Source of the DNA: a virus
Reading direction: 5' to 3' (one strand)
DNA: 62,786 nucleotides
IMG/VR virus record: IMGVR_UViG_3300035429_000044
Coordinates: 1-62,786 of that record
Shown: positions 27,964 to 36,669 of the stretch, piece by piece
How the letters are laid out: every line of letters starts with the position of its first letter
How positions within the stretch are numbered: the first letter of the stretch is position 1
Notes under the pieces: model-generated
What the model saw: only the letters and a program-made list of their open reading frames with translations
Told to the model about the DNA's origin: nothing
Database searches by the model: none
Made by a program: the position numbers and the translations under genes

Positions 27964-29040
27964 TCACAGATCAGGCCACTCATTGCGAAGGGCCTGAACA
28001 TAATTCCTGTAAAAGTTTCGTGATTGCACCATCGTCGCACGACGTGTCTGTTTGAAGATGCGGGTGTGGCCGTCAACAGTCTTTTTGACCTGTTCCTTAC
28101 CGTCCAACAGCTCCTTGTACATGGCGTCGTAGGTTCGATAGTTGCGTATGATGCGTTTCGCCTGTTCCCGCGTGGTTTTTCGGTCAGGCGGCGTCCAGTT
28201 GCTCACAGTGCGACCCGACTTGCGGGCCTCGTCCGCCAGCACGGGGCCGAGTTCGCCATTGGTCTGCACCTGCAAGCGGATGCTTTTCAGGTCGGCGGCG
28301 GTATTACCACCGGCCAAGTCATAGAAACGCTGCAAATCAGCTTCGGAAATATCCTTGCCGACATCGTTCGCCGTGGTGATGGGCGCCACACCGCACTTGC
28401 AGTTCGAATGCAACGGCATCAACGAACGCGTATGATACGTGCGCGTGGACGCCACAGCACACAAGCCACACGTACCGGTCTTCGACAACTCAGGGTGAAT
28501 CACACGCCGATACTGCGTGACACCCTTCGATTCGAACCGGCCCAACGCGATACGGTGCGCGGTCAACTGCGCGTCAGTGTTCGCTATATCCTCAAGCCGG
28601 TCAAGGGACGCGCGGAGCCAACCCGTCACCGTGGACAAGTCCGCGCCTTCCAACACGTCCCAGGATTCAGGACGCAACGAAGGCGACTGCACCGCCAGAT
28701 GACGGTATGCTTCAGCCGGGCGCAGCATGACATCCAATGGTGTCGTACCTTGTCGTGGCGCCACATACGACGTGTCGAACACGCCACCAGTATCCACATC
28801 GGCCATGCCGAGCATCGCATCCGCATAGCTCACACCAAGCCGACCAACCGCCTCCAAGAACGCCATCTCAAACCGTGCAGCCTGGGAGGCGGCACCCAAT
28901 GTGACAGCATCATTCCACCAGTCCGAAGGCGTCAACGACTTCCATATGTTCCACACTTGTCGGACATATGTTTGTATCAGTTCAGCCCGCTGTTGCGCGA
29001 ACGTATCCACAGCTTGTTCGACACGGGTCAACACCGCCAT
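27964..29040 (-). CDS. Head morphogenesis protein (SPP1 gp7 / Mu F-like)
   Basis: 358 aa. It carries ..TGTCGLCAVASTRTYHTRSLMPLHSNCKCGVAPI.., typical of MuF-like minor capsid proteins, and follows the portal. Confidence 0.75.
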   Translation of the reverse strand: MAVLTRVEQAVDTFAQQRAELIQTYVRQVWNIWKSLTPSDWWNDAVTLGAASQAARFEMAFLEAVGRLGVSYADAMLGMADVDTGGVFDTSYVAPRQGTTPLDVMLRPAEAYRHLAVQSPSLRPESWDVLEGADLSTVTGWLRASLDRLEDIANTDAQLTAHRIALGRFESKGVTQYRRVIHPELSKTGTCGLCAVASTRTYHTRSLMPLHSNCKCGVAPITTANDVGKDISEADLQRFYDLAGGNTAADLKSIRLQVQTNGELGPVLADEARKSGRTVSNWTPPDRKTTREQAKRIIRNYRTYDAMYKELLDGKEQVKKTVDGHTRIFKQTRRATMVQSRNFYRNYVQALRNEWPDL

Positions 29041-29133
29041 CAGCGGCCCCGCTTCCGCAAACTCGGATACTTACGCTCCCTGGGCAACGCGAAATTAGAA
29101 CGCTTGATACGCTTCCGACCACGAGGCGTCAAC

Positions 29134-30732
29134 CTAGCCATCCACCTCACCGCCAACATCGACAAGCGCCTTTGAACCGTCATCGAAATCATCGACGCTC
29201 ACCATTCCGCCAGTCTGCTCGGAGGTACGTTCCGCAGCGGAAGCCGCAGCAGACGCGGAAACGAGTGCGGTCTGATACGTCGAATCGGTCATGTCCTGCA
29301 TGGCCTCGGAAATCTCAGTCTCCGTCATATGCAGGAACCGGCGCATAATCAGTTTGACCGGCAGCACATCCTTCACGTAATTCACCGCTTGAGCCATGTT
29401 CAAATCACTGTCCGCAGCGATCGGCGCCCACACCGTTTCAAACTCGTCATCAGCGGCTTGAGCATTCCCAGACGCGACCATCGCCATACGCAATACACGA
29501 ATGAACGCATCATTGGCACGCGCGTTCAAATCCTCAACCTTGGAAAGCAGACTCTCACGCTTCAACGAAGCACCCTCAGCGCTACCCGCCACATCAGGGC
29601 TGAGAATATCCAACGGAGTTCCGGTGGACACCGCCAACTGTTTGACATCATGCGCGGAAGCCGTACACCATTGCGTAATGTCAGTGACCTGAGATTCCCA
29701 AATCTCCGTATCCTCCGGGAGCATCCACAATGCGGCCGGCCCCATCGCATACAGTTCACTGAAATCAATCGGGTCACCGGCACGGGCCATACCAGCCTTG
29801 ACCTGTGGATCGTCTTCCGTGTACACATTGCGTTTCAGGCCCTTGATTCCACGCTGGCGGAACGCCTGCATCGTCTGGATACAGAATCGGTCGAACTTCT
29901 GCTGATCCAACGCGCTCAACGCGGGAATGTGCGGCTCGATCTGCCCCATACCCGTGCCAGAGCCAAGACGAATCAAAGGAAGATACCCACAATCAGTGGC
30001 ATACTGCAACGTCTTGCGCCCCTCGTCCCATGTGAAGTCTTGATTGAACTCAGGCGCTTTGGCATCGGCGTTATTGCTGAACTCGTAGATTCCACTGCCG
30101 TTCGATTCATCGAACAACGTTCGAGCATCAGCTTGGTGTGAAGCGGAACGATAATACACGTTCGACACAACGTTGTTCTTGTCGCGCTCACACCGGAACA
30201 ATATGAGTTTCTCTATATTGTTCACGTCGTCGAACGAATAGTAGACAGCCGCTTCATCATCCTCGCTGACATACGTGTTCCACGGCGTCAACACCGTAAT
30301 CTGCGCAGCATCACCCAAGGAATCCACCAGAAGATACCCTGAACCATACAACGCCACATCATGGAACACCTGACGAGACTTCAAATCCATACGATTACGC
30401 CGCCATGTCGTATCCGCCTCAACACTACGAGACACACGATCCGACACCTGACGGAACCCAACCGGCTTCTGCCGACTCGACACATTATCCGTGATGATAC
30501 GCGCATAATTCACAGTGCCCAATTCCAAGAACCGCTTATAGATCGCGAACGACTTCTGGTCAGTCCCCGAAGGAATCGCACTAGTCGGCACCTGCTCACG
30601 CCCATCATAGAACGTGCGCAGCTTGCACAAGGTCGGGATACGCGCAGCGAGCTTGTTCGCCAACACACTCAACCAATACGCATCCGGGTCATCATCGGCA
30701 GCATCAACTATCAGATTATTGAACTCAACCAA
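29134..30732 (-). CDS. Portal protein
   Basis: 532 aa, directly after TerL. It has a TTG start with an AAAGGGGGTG RBS. Confidence 0.85.
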   Translation of the reverse strand: MVEFNNLIVDAADDDPDAYWLSVLANKLAARIPTLCKLRTFYDGREQVPTSAIPSGTDQKSFAIYKRFLELGTVNYARIITDNVSSRQKPVGFRQVSDRVSRSVEADTTWRRNRMDLKSRQVFHDVALYGSGYLLVDSLGDAAQITVLTPWNTYVSEDDEAAVYYSFDDVNNIEKLILFRCERDKNNVVSNVYYRSASHQADARTLFDESNGSGIYEFSNNADAKAPEFNQDFTWDEGRKTLQYATDCGYLPLIRLGSGTGMGQIEPHIPALSALDQQKFDRFCIQTMQAFRQRGIKGLKRNVYTEDDPQVKAGMARAGDPIDFSELYAMGPAALWMLPEDTEIWESQVTDITQWCTASAHDVKQLAVSTGTPLDILSPDVAGSAEGASLKRESLLSKVEDLNARANDAFIRVLRMAMVASGNAQAADDEFETVWAPIAADSDLNMAQAVNYVKDVLPVKLIMRRFLHMTETEISEAMQDMTDSTYQTALVSASAAASAAERTSEQTGGMVSVDDFDDGSKALVDVGGEVDG

Positions 30733-30745
30733 CAGGCACCCCCTT

Positions 30746-32641
30746 TCAGTACACGCGGAACGGAATGAACTGTGTCACGTCCTCTTCCTTCACGCCGTCG
30801 GTCAGATACCTGTTGCGCGCCGTATACGCGAGCAAACCAGCCATCATCGCATCAATCTTCTCCGGTGAGTTCGGTGTCTCCTTGAACACGAGATAGCCGA
30901 ACGAACGTTCACGTTTGCGCGCATTACGGAAATGCGCCACCAAACGCGGGTCGGCAAGCAACGCGATGGATGACACGTCCGGCTCGGCATGACGCGGCAC
31001 CTGCTTCATCTCATACGTGAAGTTCGCAGCCATGTTCACCAAACCCTGATACACGTCCCGAGACCAATTGTTCGTCCAATACTTGATCTTCGTACTGTTC
31101 CGGCCACGCGGGCCAACCGCGAGCTTGTCCGAAAAATCACGCTCCCACGCGTCAATCATGCTCTCCCACGGGTTCACATCAGCGAAGAACGCGACCACGT
31201 TGTAATGACCGAACATGTAACGCACCATGCCATCGAACGCCTCACGATCCACACGCCACTCAGCCGCACGCGCATCATCAGGCTTCTGCTCAAGTTTGAT
31301 CAGGAACAACAACCCATCACGCACACGGCACCCAACAAGCGCCGTGGAATCATCACTGATGGAACCATCGAAACCAAGCGTGATCTCGTCATCAGCATGA
31401 ATTACATTCTTCCAAGCATCCATCATCTGCCGGCGGTCACCAGACAAATACATGTCCTTACCCACCAAATGCGCTTGAATCTGCGATTCAGGAAGCCACG
31501 AATCCATCGCAGACGTCAACGAGTTCAAATAGAAACGAATCGCCTCGGACGGGTCGGAACCAGCATTCAGGATATAGCTCTTCGGCTTATCCATGATGAC
31601 CCAACCGTTCTTCGACGGTCCAGGCTCAACACCCGGCGACGCCAACGAATACCCTTCATCGTCCTTGCCGGTACGCGGATTCACGCGGGTGATACGCCCA
31701 TCGGGAAGAATCAGATGATCGTACCCATCAGATGATTTCATCACCGAACCATGCGATTCCATCAACGCATGTTCCAGCTTCTTCTCATTGCCCAGCTCCT
31801 CGATGGGCAACGACGCATAACGATGATCGAACAATGTGCGCTGATCATGCTTGACCTTGCCCTCGGCAATCGACCACGCCGTACGGTACGTGTCCTCAGC
31901 CAACGAGTTCAAACCCGGCTGGTACATCGTCGTCGTCTGCAACGACCACGGTTCATCCATACCACGCTTCGTCAGATTACGCAGCAACGTGCGCGCCATG
32001 CCCTTCGCACGGCCAACAAACAAATGCGACTCGTCAAGCACGGTGAACGTCTGCAAACCACCATCACGCGAAGACGCGCCACTCGTGGCCGGTTTGATCT
32101 CACCGCCACCGCACTCTTCTGGAATGATGATGCGCGTCTGTCCCACGTCCAAGCCGACGCCACGCAACTGCGCCAACGGGCCTTTCACGCAATTGTGGTA
32201 CACAACGTCATACACGTTGCCGGTCTGGTCCTCACTGTTCGCAGCCAACGCGATACGCGAGCCACGAATCAGACGCCCGACCGGCTCACCCTCCTGATAC
32301 ACATACTTGCGGCCAAGGAACGTGTACGTTTCCCCTGCTTCGGCCCAATGGTCGAACCGGCACGGGGCCAACGCCTCGAACAACACGATAAGCGCCGCCA
32401 AACCACTCTTGTTCGACCCCTTCGGACGCGACAGGAACACACGGTCGAACAAGCGATGCCCAGACTTATCCAGCGCATAACAGTTGACCAGGAACTCCGC
32501 ATACTCAGGCGTGAACACCATCGGCTCGTCCTCAGCAGGAGGCGAACCCACCACGCAAAACGTCTCAATCCACCAAATGGCGAAGAAGCCCATACTGCGG
32601 CGCTTCTGTTCCAACGTGACCTTGGGGATGATGTCATGCAC
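30746..32641 (-). CDS. terL: Terminase large subunit
   Basis: 631 aa. It has an ATPase-like N-terminus (..SRPKGSNKSGLAALIV..) and a nuclease-like C-terminal half. The start is GTG with a GGGGGTGA RBS. Confidence 0.9.
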   Translation of the reverse strand: MHDIIPKVTLEQKRRSMGFFAIWWIETFCVVGSPPAEDEPMVFTPEYAEFLVNCYALDKSGHRLFDRVFLSRPKGSNKSGLAALIVLFEALAPCRFDHWAEAGETYTFLGRKYVYQEGEPVGRLIRGSRIALAANSEDQTGNVYDVVYHNCVKGPLAQLRGVGLDVGQTRIIIPEECGGGEIKPATSGASSRDGGLQTFTVLDESHLFVGRAKGMARTLLRNLTKRGMDEPWSLQTTTMYQPGLNSLAEDTYRTAWSIAEGKVKHDQRTLFDHRYASLPIEELGNEKKLEHALMESHGSVMKSSDGYDHLILPDGRITRVNPRTGKDDEGYSLASPGVEPGPSKNGWVIMDKPKSYILNAGSDPSEAIRFYLNSLTSAMDSWLPESQIQAHLVGKDMYLSGDRRQMMDAWKNVIHADDEITLGFDGSISDDSTALVGCRVRDGLLFLIKLEQKPDDARAAEWRVDREAFDGMVRYMFGHYNVVAFFADVNPWESMIDAWERDFSDKLAVGPRGRNSTKIKYWTNNWSRDVYQGLVNMAANFTYEMKQVPRHAEPDVSSIALLADPRLVAHFRNARKRERSFGYLVFKETPNSPEKIDAMMAGLLAYTARNRYLTDGVKEEDVTQFIPFRVY

Positions 32642-32660
32642 CGCACATCACCCCCAGCCA

Positions 32661-33086
32661 TCAGCCGCCAAGAATCGAGTTACGCAGCCCGTTCATACGT
32701 TCGGCACTCACATCGTTCACATCGGCGCCACCACCGGCGGCCATCTGGTTCGGGTCAGGCGCATCCCATTTCAACGCGTGCCGCGCCATCGGTGTAATAC
32801 CGAACGCGTTCTCACGCGCACGAATCTCCGCAGCCATCTGCGCACCAGGACGCCGGTAGAAGCAATCCTTCAAAAACACCAAGTCAAGCACCGACTGCCA
32901 ATCCAAGTCAGTGCCCATCTTCAACGCCTGTGGACTACGACGAAACTCCTCATAGTATTCAATCGAGTTAGGCAACCATTCCTTGCCATCAGGGCGCAAT
33001 CCCGGCATCTCAGGGCCACGCACTAAACCATCCCATTTAAGCGTCTCGCCGTTTACCCGCGATGCGCTTCTTCCTTGCCCTGCCAT
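32661..33086 (-). CDS. terS: Terminase small subunit
   Basis: An ATG at 33086 has a GAGGA RBS. 141 aa, immediately upstream of terL. Confidence 0.65.
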   Translation of the reverse strand: MAGQGRSASRVNGETLKWDGLVRGPEMPGLRPDGKEWLPNSIEYYEEFRRSPQALKMGTDLDWQSVLDLVFLKDCFYRRPGAQMAAEIRARENAFGITPMARHALKWDAPDPNQMAAGGGADVNDVSAERMNGLRNSILGG

Positions 33087-33582
33087 TCGCCGTCCTCGCT
33101 TCCCAACGAGCCTTGCACGCGATATGCAACGGCACCCTGTTCTCCAACACCGGTTCACCACCGGCCTCCAACGGCAACAACCATCCAGACGCACACGGGC
33201 CACTACGATCAATCAGCTTGTAACATTCGACACACACGCCATCAGACGCGGCCAACACGTCAGCGTTCGAAAACACCATCGTCACCGGCTCAGGTTCCAC
33301 CGGTTCAGGTTTGAACACATCCTCAGTGGTTATCACTTTGTTCAATCCACGACGTGGCGCATTGCCTTTACGCTTCGCACGCATATACCGCATACGGCAA
33401 GCCGCCCCACAAAAATCCTTAGCCTGGTTCCCCACGTCGAAATACGTGCCGCACATGAAACACAGCTTCTTCTTCTGCACCGGCTTCACAATCCGCCCAT
33501 GATACCGAACCATGTCATAATGCTTCCGACATAAGCCACGCGAACACTCAACCCGCGTGCACCCCTCAACCGAACACGTCAT
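33037..33582 (-). CDS. Cys-rich (zinc-finger-like) hypothetical protein
   Basis: 181 aa, with an ATGA overlap with the HNH stop. It has several CxxC pairs. Confidence 0.6.
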   Translation of the reverse strand: MTCSVEGCTRVECSRGLCRKHYDMVRYHGRIVKPVQKKKLCFMCGTYFDVGNQAKDFCGAACRMRYMRAKRKGNAPRRGLNKVITTEDVFKPEPVEPEPVTMVFSNADVLAASDGVCVECYKLIDRSGPCASGWLLPLEAGGEPVLENRVPLHIACKARWEARTANGRARKKRIAGKRRDA

Positions 33583-33914
33583 TTGAACGCGGGATGATCG
33601 TAGAACGCCGCATCCCTCCTCCGCTCGGCCGCACGCCGCTTGCCACGCGTGCTCTCCACCTGCGTCTTGATATTGTGGTGCTCGTGGCACAACGACCACA
33701 AGCGGCTCAACCGGTCATCATCATGCACCATGTTCTGTGCCATATGATCGACCTCATTCGCTGGACGACCACAAATACCAGCCGGGAACCCATTCGTATC
33801 AGTCACCGGCCACTGGCAGCGGTACCCGTCACGCTCCAACACCTTCACACGAACCTTCGCCCAACCCTTATTGAAACGCTTCTTACGTTGAGACGAACTC
33901 CAAGGCATCAGCAT
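33579..33914 (-). CDS. HNH endonuclease (terminase-associated)
   Basis: It carries ..RDGYRCQWP...EVDHM...LWSLCHEHHNIKT... A start at 33914 or 33908 is chosen because the track start at 33974 would overlap tRNA-Ser. Confidence 0.8.
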   Translation of the reverse strand: MLMPWSSSQRKKRFNKGWAKVRVKVLERDGYRCQWPVTDTNGFPAGICGRPANEVDHMAQNMVHDDDRLSRLWSLCHEHHNIKTQVESTRGKRRAAERRRDAAFYDHPAFK

Positions 33915-33933
33915 CACCCCCAACCAGCAAAAG

Positions 33934-34026
33934 CGGATAGTGCACGATTCGAACGTGCGGAACACGGAGTTCACCGCATTCGACGCATTAGCAATGCGCT
34001 GCTATAGACCACTCAGCCAACTATCC
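33934..34026 (-). tRNA. tRNA-Ser (anticodon GCU), class II with long variable arm
   Basis: I folded it by hand. Acceptor GGATAGT/ACTATCC plus discriminator G. Anticodon stem GCGCA/TGCGT with loop TTGCTAA. T-arm GCACG-TTCGAAT-CGTGC. 93 nt, CCA not encoded. Confidence 0.8.
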
Positions 34027-34137
34027 AAAGCGGGGCGTTCCAGAAAGAACCGAAAGAAGCGGAACACCCCTGATTACAAGAACCCGACCGTTGAAAGGAA
34101 CGGAAACGAGAAGGGAACACCTACACGGTCGGGCCAG

Positions 34138-34211
34138 TACCGGAAGCGGGATTCGAACCCGCACTACAACGATTTTGAGTCGCTTGCCTCTACCAATTGG
34201 GCCACACCGGC
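34138..34211 (-). tRNA. tRNA with anticodon CAA but class I (short variable arm) architecture; identity uncertain
   Basis: T-arm GCGGG-TTCGAAT-CCCGC. Anticodon stem AGCGA/TCGTT with loop CTCAAAA. D-loop AATTGGTAG. The acceptor stem has two G:U pairs and one U:U mismatch. Confidence 0.55.
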
Positions 34212-34216
34212 GCACA

Positions 34217-34429
34217 TCAAGGAGCGTCGAACGCGTCCGCGAAAGCGATGATGCCAGCACGGACACGTTCACGCAACCTATCGGTATCTATGACGGCATA
34301 AGCACCAGACCCGGAGTTAATGACCCGCATAGGCGGGGTCACTTCCACACTGCCGAGCGGATTATCACAGTCCTTGGCACAGAAACTGACGGTCATGGTC
34401 GGAAGGGAAGAATCGCAATGATCTACCAT
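34217..34429 (-). CDS. Hypothetical small protein (70 aa)
   Basis: ORF with a GAGGGTGG RBS-like motif. It ends 5 nt before the tRNA and could be spurious. Confidence 0.35.
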   Translation of the reverse strand: MVDHCDSSLPTMTVSFCAKDCDNPLGSVEVTPPMRVINSGSGAYAVIDTDRLRERVRAGIIAFADAFDAP

Positions 34430-34531
34430 GACACACCACCCTCGAAGCCAACAATGGTTAGTGAAGAACCACAGCGTCTAATCAGTGATGTGGTTGAGAG
34501 ATTTTGGCGTGCTATCAGAACGACGCCATAA

Positions 34532-34546
34532 GATACCATAGGTATC
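34532..34546. promoter_or_regulatory. Perfect palindrome gatacc-ata-ggtatc
   Basis: Read directly from the sequence, in the non-coding region upstream of the late/packaging genes. Confidence 0.4.
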
Positions 34547-34570
34547 ATACCACACTTTTTGTTGCAGTGT

Positions 34571-34618
34571 GCGTTTCAACTAGCGTTTCAAAGAGCGTTT
34601 CACTTTGCGTTTCAACCT
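34571..34618. repeat. Four phased 12-bp direct repeats (GCGTTTCA + 4 nt)
   Basis: Copies start at 34571, 34583, 34595 and 34607: gcgtttcaacta / gcgtttcaaaga / gcgtttcacttt / gcgtttcaacct. Confidence 0.9.
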
Positions 34619-34722
34619 CAACCCTACTGCCGATTGGGATTCGAGAAAAGTGTTACGCCGTTTCCAAATAGTCTCAGAGCGCATTCACAGTCAGAACCAG
34701 AACCCCAAGCGGCCATTTCTAT

Positions 34723-34728
34723 ATTATA
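34723..34728 (-). promoter_or_regulatory. Consensus -10 hexamer TATAAT on the minus strand (candidate late/tRNA promoter)
   Basis: The plus strand reads attata. No convincing -35 is present. It lies 22 nt from the R/Y tract. Confidence 0.3.
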
Positions 34729-34749
34729 CGGGGTACCCTCCCCTGCCCC

Positions 34750-34875
34750 TATGCGTACGCGCACATGCGTACGCGCACATGCGTACGCGTACACGCGCAC
34801 ACGCGCACACGCGTACACACGCGTACACACGCGCGCACACGCGTACACACGCGCACACGCGCACACGCGTACGCG
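34750..34875. repeat. 126-bp perfect alternating pyrimidine/purine tract built from ACGCG(C/T)AC-type units
   Basis: Counted base by base. The alternation is unbroken from t34750 to g34875, followed by a further 14 nt after one break. Confidence 0.95.
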
Positions 34876-34952
34876 ACACGCGCGCACACCGCCTGATATG
34901 ACTGCCCGCGGGCCTGATATGTGCCCCGATATGCGTTGCGCGACACGCCGAT

Positions 34953-35017
34953 AAACACTAGTGTTTCCAACGGTTTTACCTAACCAACTTGCTAACGTTT
35001 TGGTTAGCGTGTATAGT
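34953..35017 (+). promoter_or_regulatory. Strong sigma70-type promoter with flanking/overlapping inverted repeats for the + strand island
   Basis: -35 TTGCTA (34989..34994), a 17-nt spacer and -10 TATAGT (35012..35017). A 14-bp palindrome aaacactagtgttt lies at 34953..34966. The inverted repeat ctaaccaa/ttggttag (34980..34987 / 35000..35007) brackets the -35. Confidence 0.6.
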
Positions 35018-35024
35018 CATAACC

Positions 35025-35322
35025 ATCAACCAAACAAACCACCGAGAAAGGAACCGAGATGAAACGGATACAGACCACCTGAAGCCACTCGCGAGGGTTA
35101 ACCCGTAACCCCCGAGCCGGAGCCGAGAGGCAAGCACCAGCGGGCAGCGTAGAGTGACGTTGCGGCAGTGACCACTGGAATAGCAGCCACGGCAACCGGC
35201 CGAGACATAACCGGACCCCCTCAAGCTCACAAGATACAGAGCGCGGGACAACTGAAGAGTGTTGAATGTACATACAGCCAACTCCGCTAGTACAATCGTA
35301 AGCACACTGGAAAGGTGCAAAC
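35025..35322 (+). ncRNA. ~300-nt T-poor untranslated leader / candidate structured RNA
   Basis: There is no plausible ORF on either strand. I counted 15 T in the 180 nt 35041..35220. The motif CCGAG occurs five times, and there is a self-complementary gggttaaccc. Confidence 0.35.
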
Positions 35323-35517
35323 ATGGGACTAGCAGAGTTGCGAAAAAGCAAGAACCTGACTCAGAGAGAGTTAGCGGAACGTGCGGGCATATCGAACGTC
35401 ACAATCGCTAATTACGAGCGCGGCGATAGAGATACCGGCAATATGACGCTACGCAATGCGATACGCATTGCGGACGCTCTTAAGGTTAGGGACTTGCGAA
35501 AACTGTTGGACGATTAA
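35323..35517 (+). CDS. XRE/Cro-type HTH regulator (64 aa)
   Basis: LRKSKNLTQRELAERAGISNVTIANYERG is a classic HTH_3 pattern. Confidence 0.85.
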   Translation: MGLAELRKSKNLTQRELAERAGISNVTIANYERGDRDTGNMTLRNAIRIADALKVRDLRKLLDD

Positions 35518-35528
35518 CAGTCGTCCTG

Positions 35529-35619
35529 GCGCTAGTGGGTTTAGCCCTACCGGCTCGTAACCGGACTAGCGCACGGCTAATAAAAGGATTCCCCCGGGAA
35601 GGGGCAACTTCCCGGGGGA
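35529..35619 (+). terminator. Two strong stem-loops after the HTH gene (attenuator/terminator or processing site)
   Basis: The first has an outer stem gcgctagt/actagcgc with an inner ccgg..ccgg. The second is a 12-bp stem tcccccgggaag-gggcaa-cttcccggggga. No clear U-run follows. Confidence 0.35.
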
Positions 35620-35700
35620 TAAAGCCAAAAATACTAACCGTTTTCGGCTCTCTGATTGTATCACATGGGGGCCGATACAAGCTAATCAGAGGTGATTACC

Positions 35701-36117
35701 ATGCGTAACCTGACTATTTCCATCAACATCGAGTACAAGCGTAACCGCACGTGGGGCTGGAATCCCACGGCTACGGTTACTGCGGTGCTGGACGGCGTGA
35801 GGACCGACACGACCACTGGCAAGGCGAGCGGCTGGGGTTATGACAAACTCAGCGCCGCTGTATGCCGCGCGTTCAGCGAGAACCCACTACTTCAGACGCT
35901 GCTCATGTGGGACGGTTGGCAGACCGACACAGAGGCGTACGGTCCAGCTGTGGTGCGTGAGCATGAATGGTCGTTCGGTGGCATGGGTATGAGCGCTCTG
36001 CTCAGACATCTGCGCGCGAACGGCTGCCATGTCACTGAAACGCTGGACAAGCAATGCGATCCCGTAGCGTACACGGCTACGCGCGACATGCCGGCGTCGT
36101 TTGTTGCGCTTGTCTGA
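35701..36117 (+). CDS. Hypothetical protein (138 aa)
   Basis: An ATG at 35701 has an AGAGGTG RBS (the track start at 35692 is a GTG). Confidence 0.65.
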   Translation: MRNLTISINIEYKRNRTWGWNPTATVTAVLDGVRTDTTTGKASGWGYDKLSAAVCRAFSENPLLQTLLMWDGWQTDTEAYGPAVVREHEWSFGGMGMSALLRHLRANGCHVTETLDKQCDPVAYTATRDMPASFVALV

Positions 36118-36228
36118 CCACTTCACCAGGGCGGCGCTAGTCGTCGCCCTTCTCGCCCATATCGGGCTTCTTCAAACCAACAATCTTGCCGCAATGTTGC
36201 GGCCGCTCATAGAAGGAACTGACCTTAA

Positions 36229-36669
36229 ATGCGTACTGATATTCATGACATCGAACAAGCTGTTCGCGAGATGATGGATCGTGTCTACGTGGATGGCGTC
36301 GCGGTTGATTACACGACACAGATCATCGAGTCGAACCCGCCGCGTGAGGCTGACTCTGTAGCGCTCTACATGGGCGACACGGAACGCGCATGGGATATTG
36401 TGGGGCAGCGGTTCTACGATGCTCCAGACTGCTGGCTGTCGTTCGCGATCCTCGTCGATGATGAGGACGGTGGGACGATTGCCGTCTACCAGCATGACGG
36501 GTCCGGTTATGCGGATGTGCTGGACTACATCGAGATTGATACCAGTTTCGTGGGATCCGACGGCCCGGCAATCGAGCATGTCGAGTCCGAACAGCTCTAT
36601 GCGGGGCTGCATATCCGCGAGACACTCAACTATATCAAGCGTGTCATGCTCAACGGGAAGGCGGCGTGA
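36229..36669 (+). CDS. Acidic hypothetical protein (146 aa, net charge about -19)
   Basis: ORF with an ATG start. D/E-rich. Confidence 0.65.
   Translation: MRTDIHDIEQAVREMMDRVYVDGVAVDYTTQIIESNPPREADSVALYMGDTERAWDIVGQRFYDAPDCWLSFAILVDDEDGGTIAVYQHDGSGYADVLDYIEIDTSFVGSDGPAIEHVESEQLYAGLHIRETLNYIKRVMLNGKAA

Noticed and set aside
34559-34970. ORFs in several frames across the alternating R/Y tract (e.g. RTRTRAHAYTR.. peptides)
   Set aside because: They are a direct consequence of translating a simple (CG/CA)n repeat and are not coding.
34976-35351. Two overlapping minus-strand ORFs (114 and 115 aa) under the island leader
   Set aside because: They have implausible Cys/Ser/Arg/Leu-rich composition, overlap each other in different frames, run against the strong + strand promoter and have no RBS. 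I treat the region as untranslated RNA.
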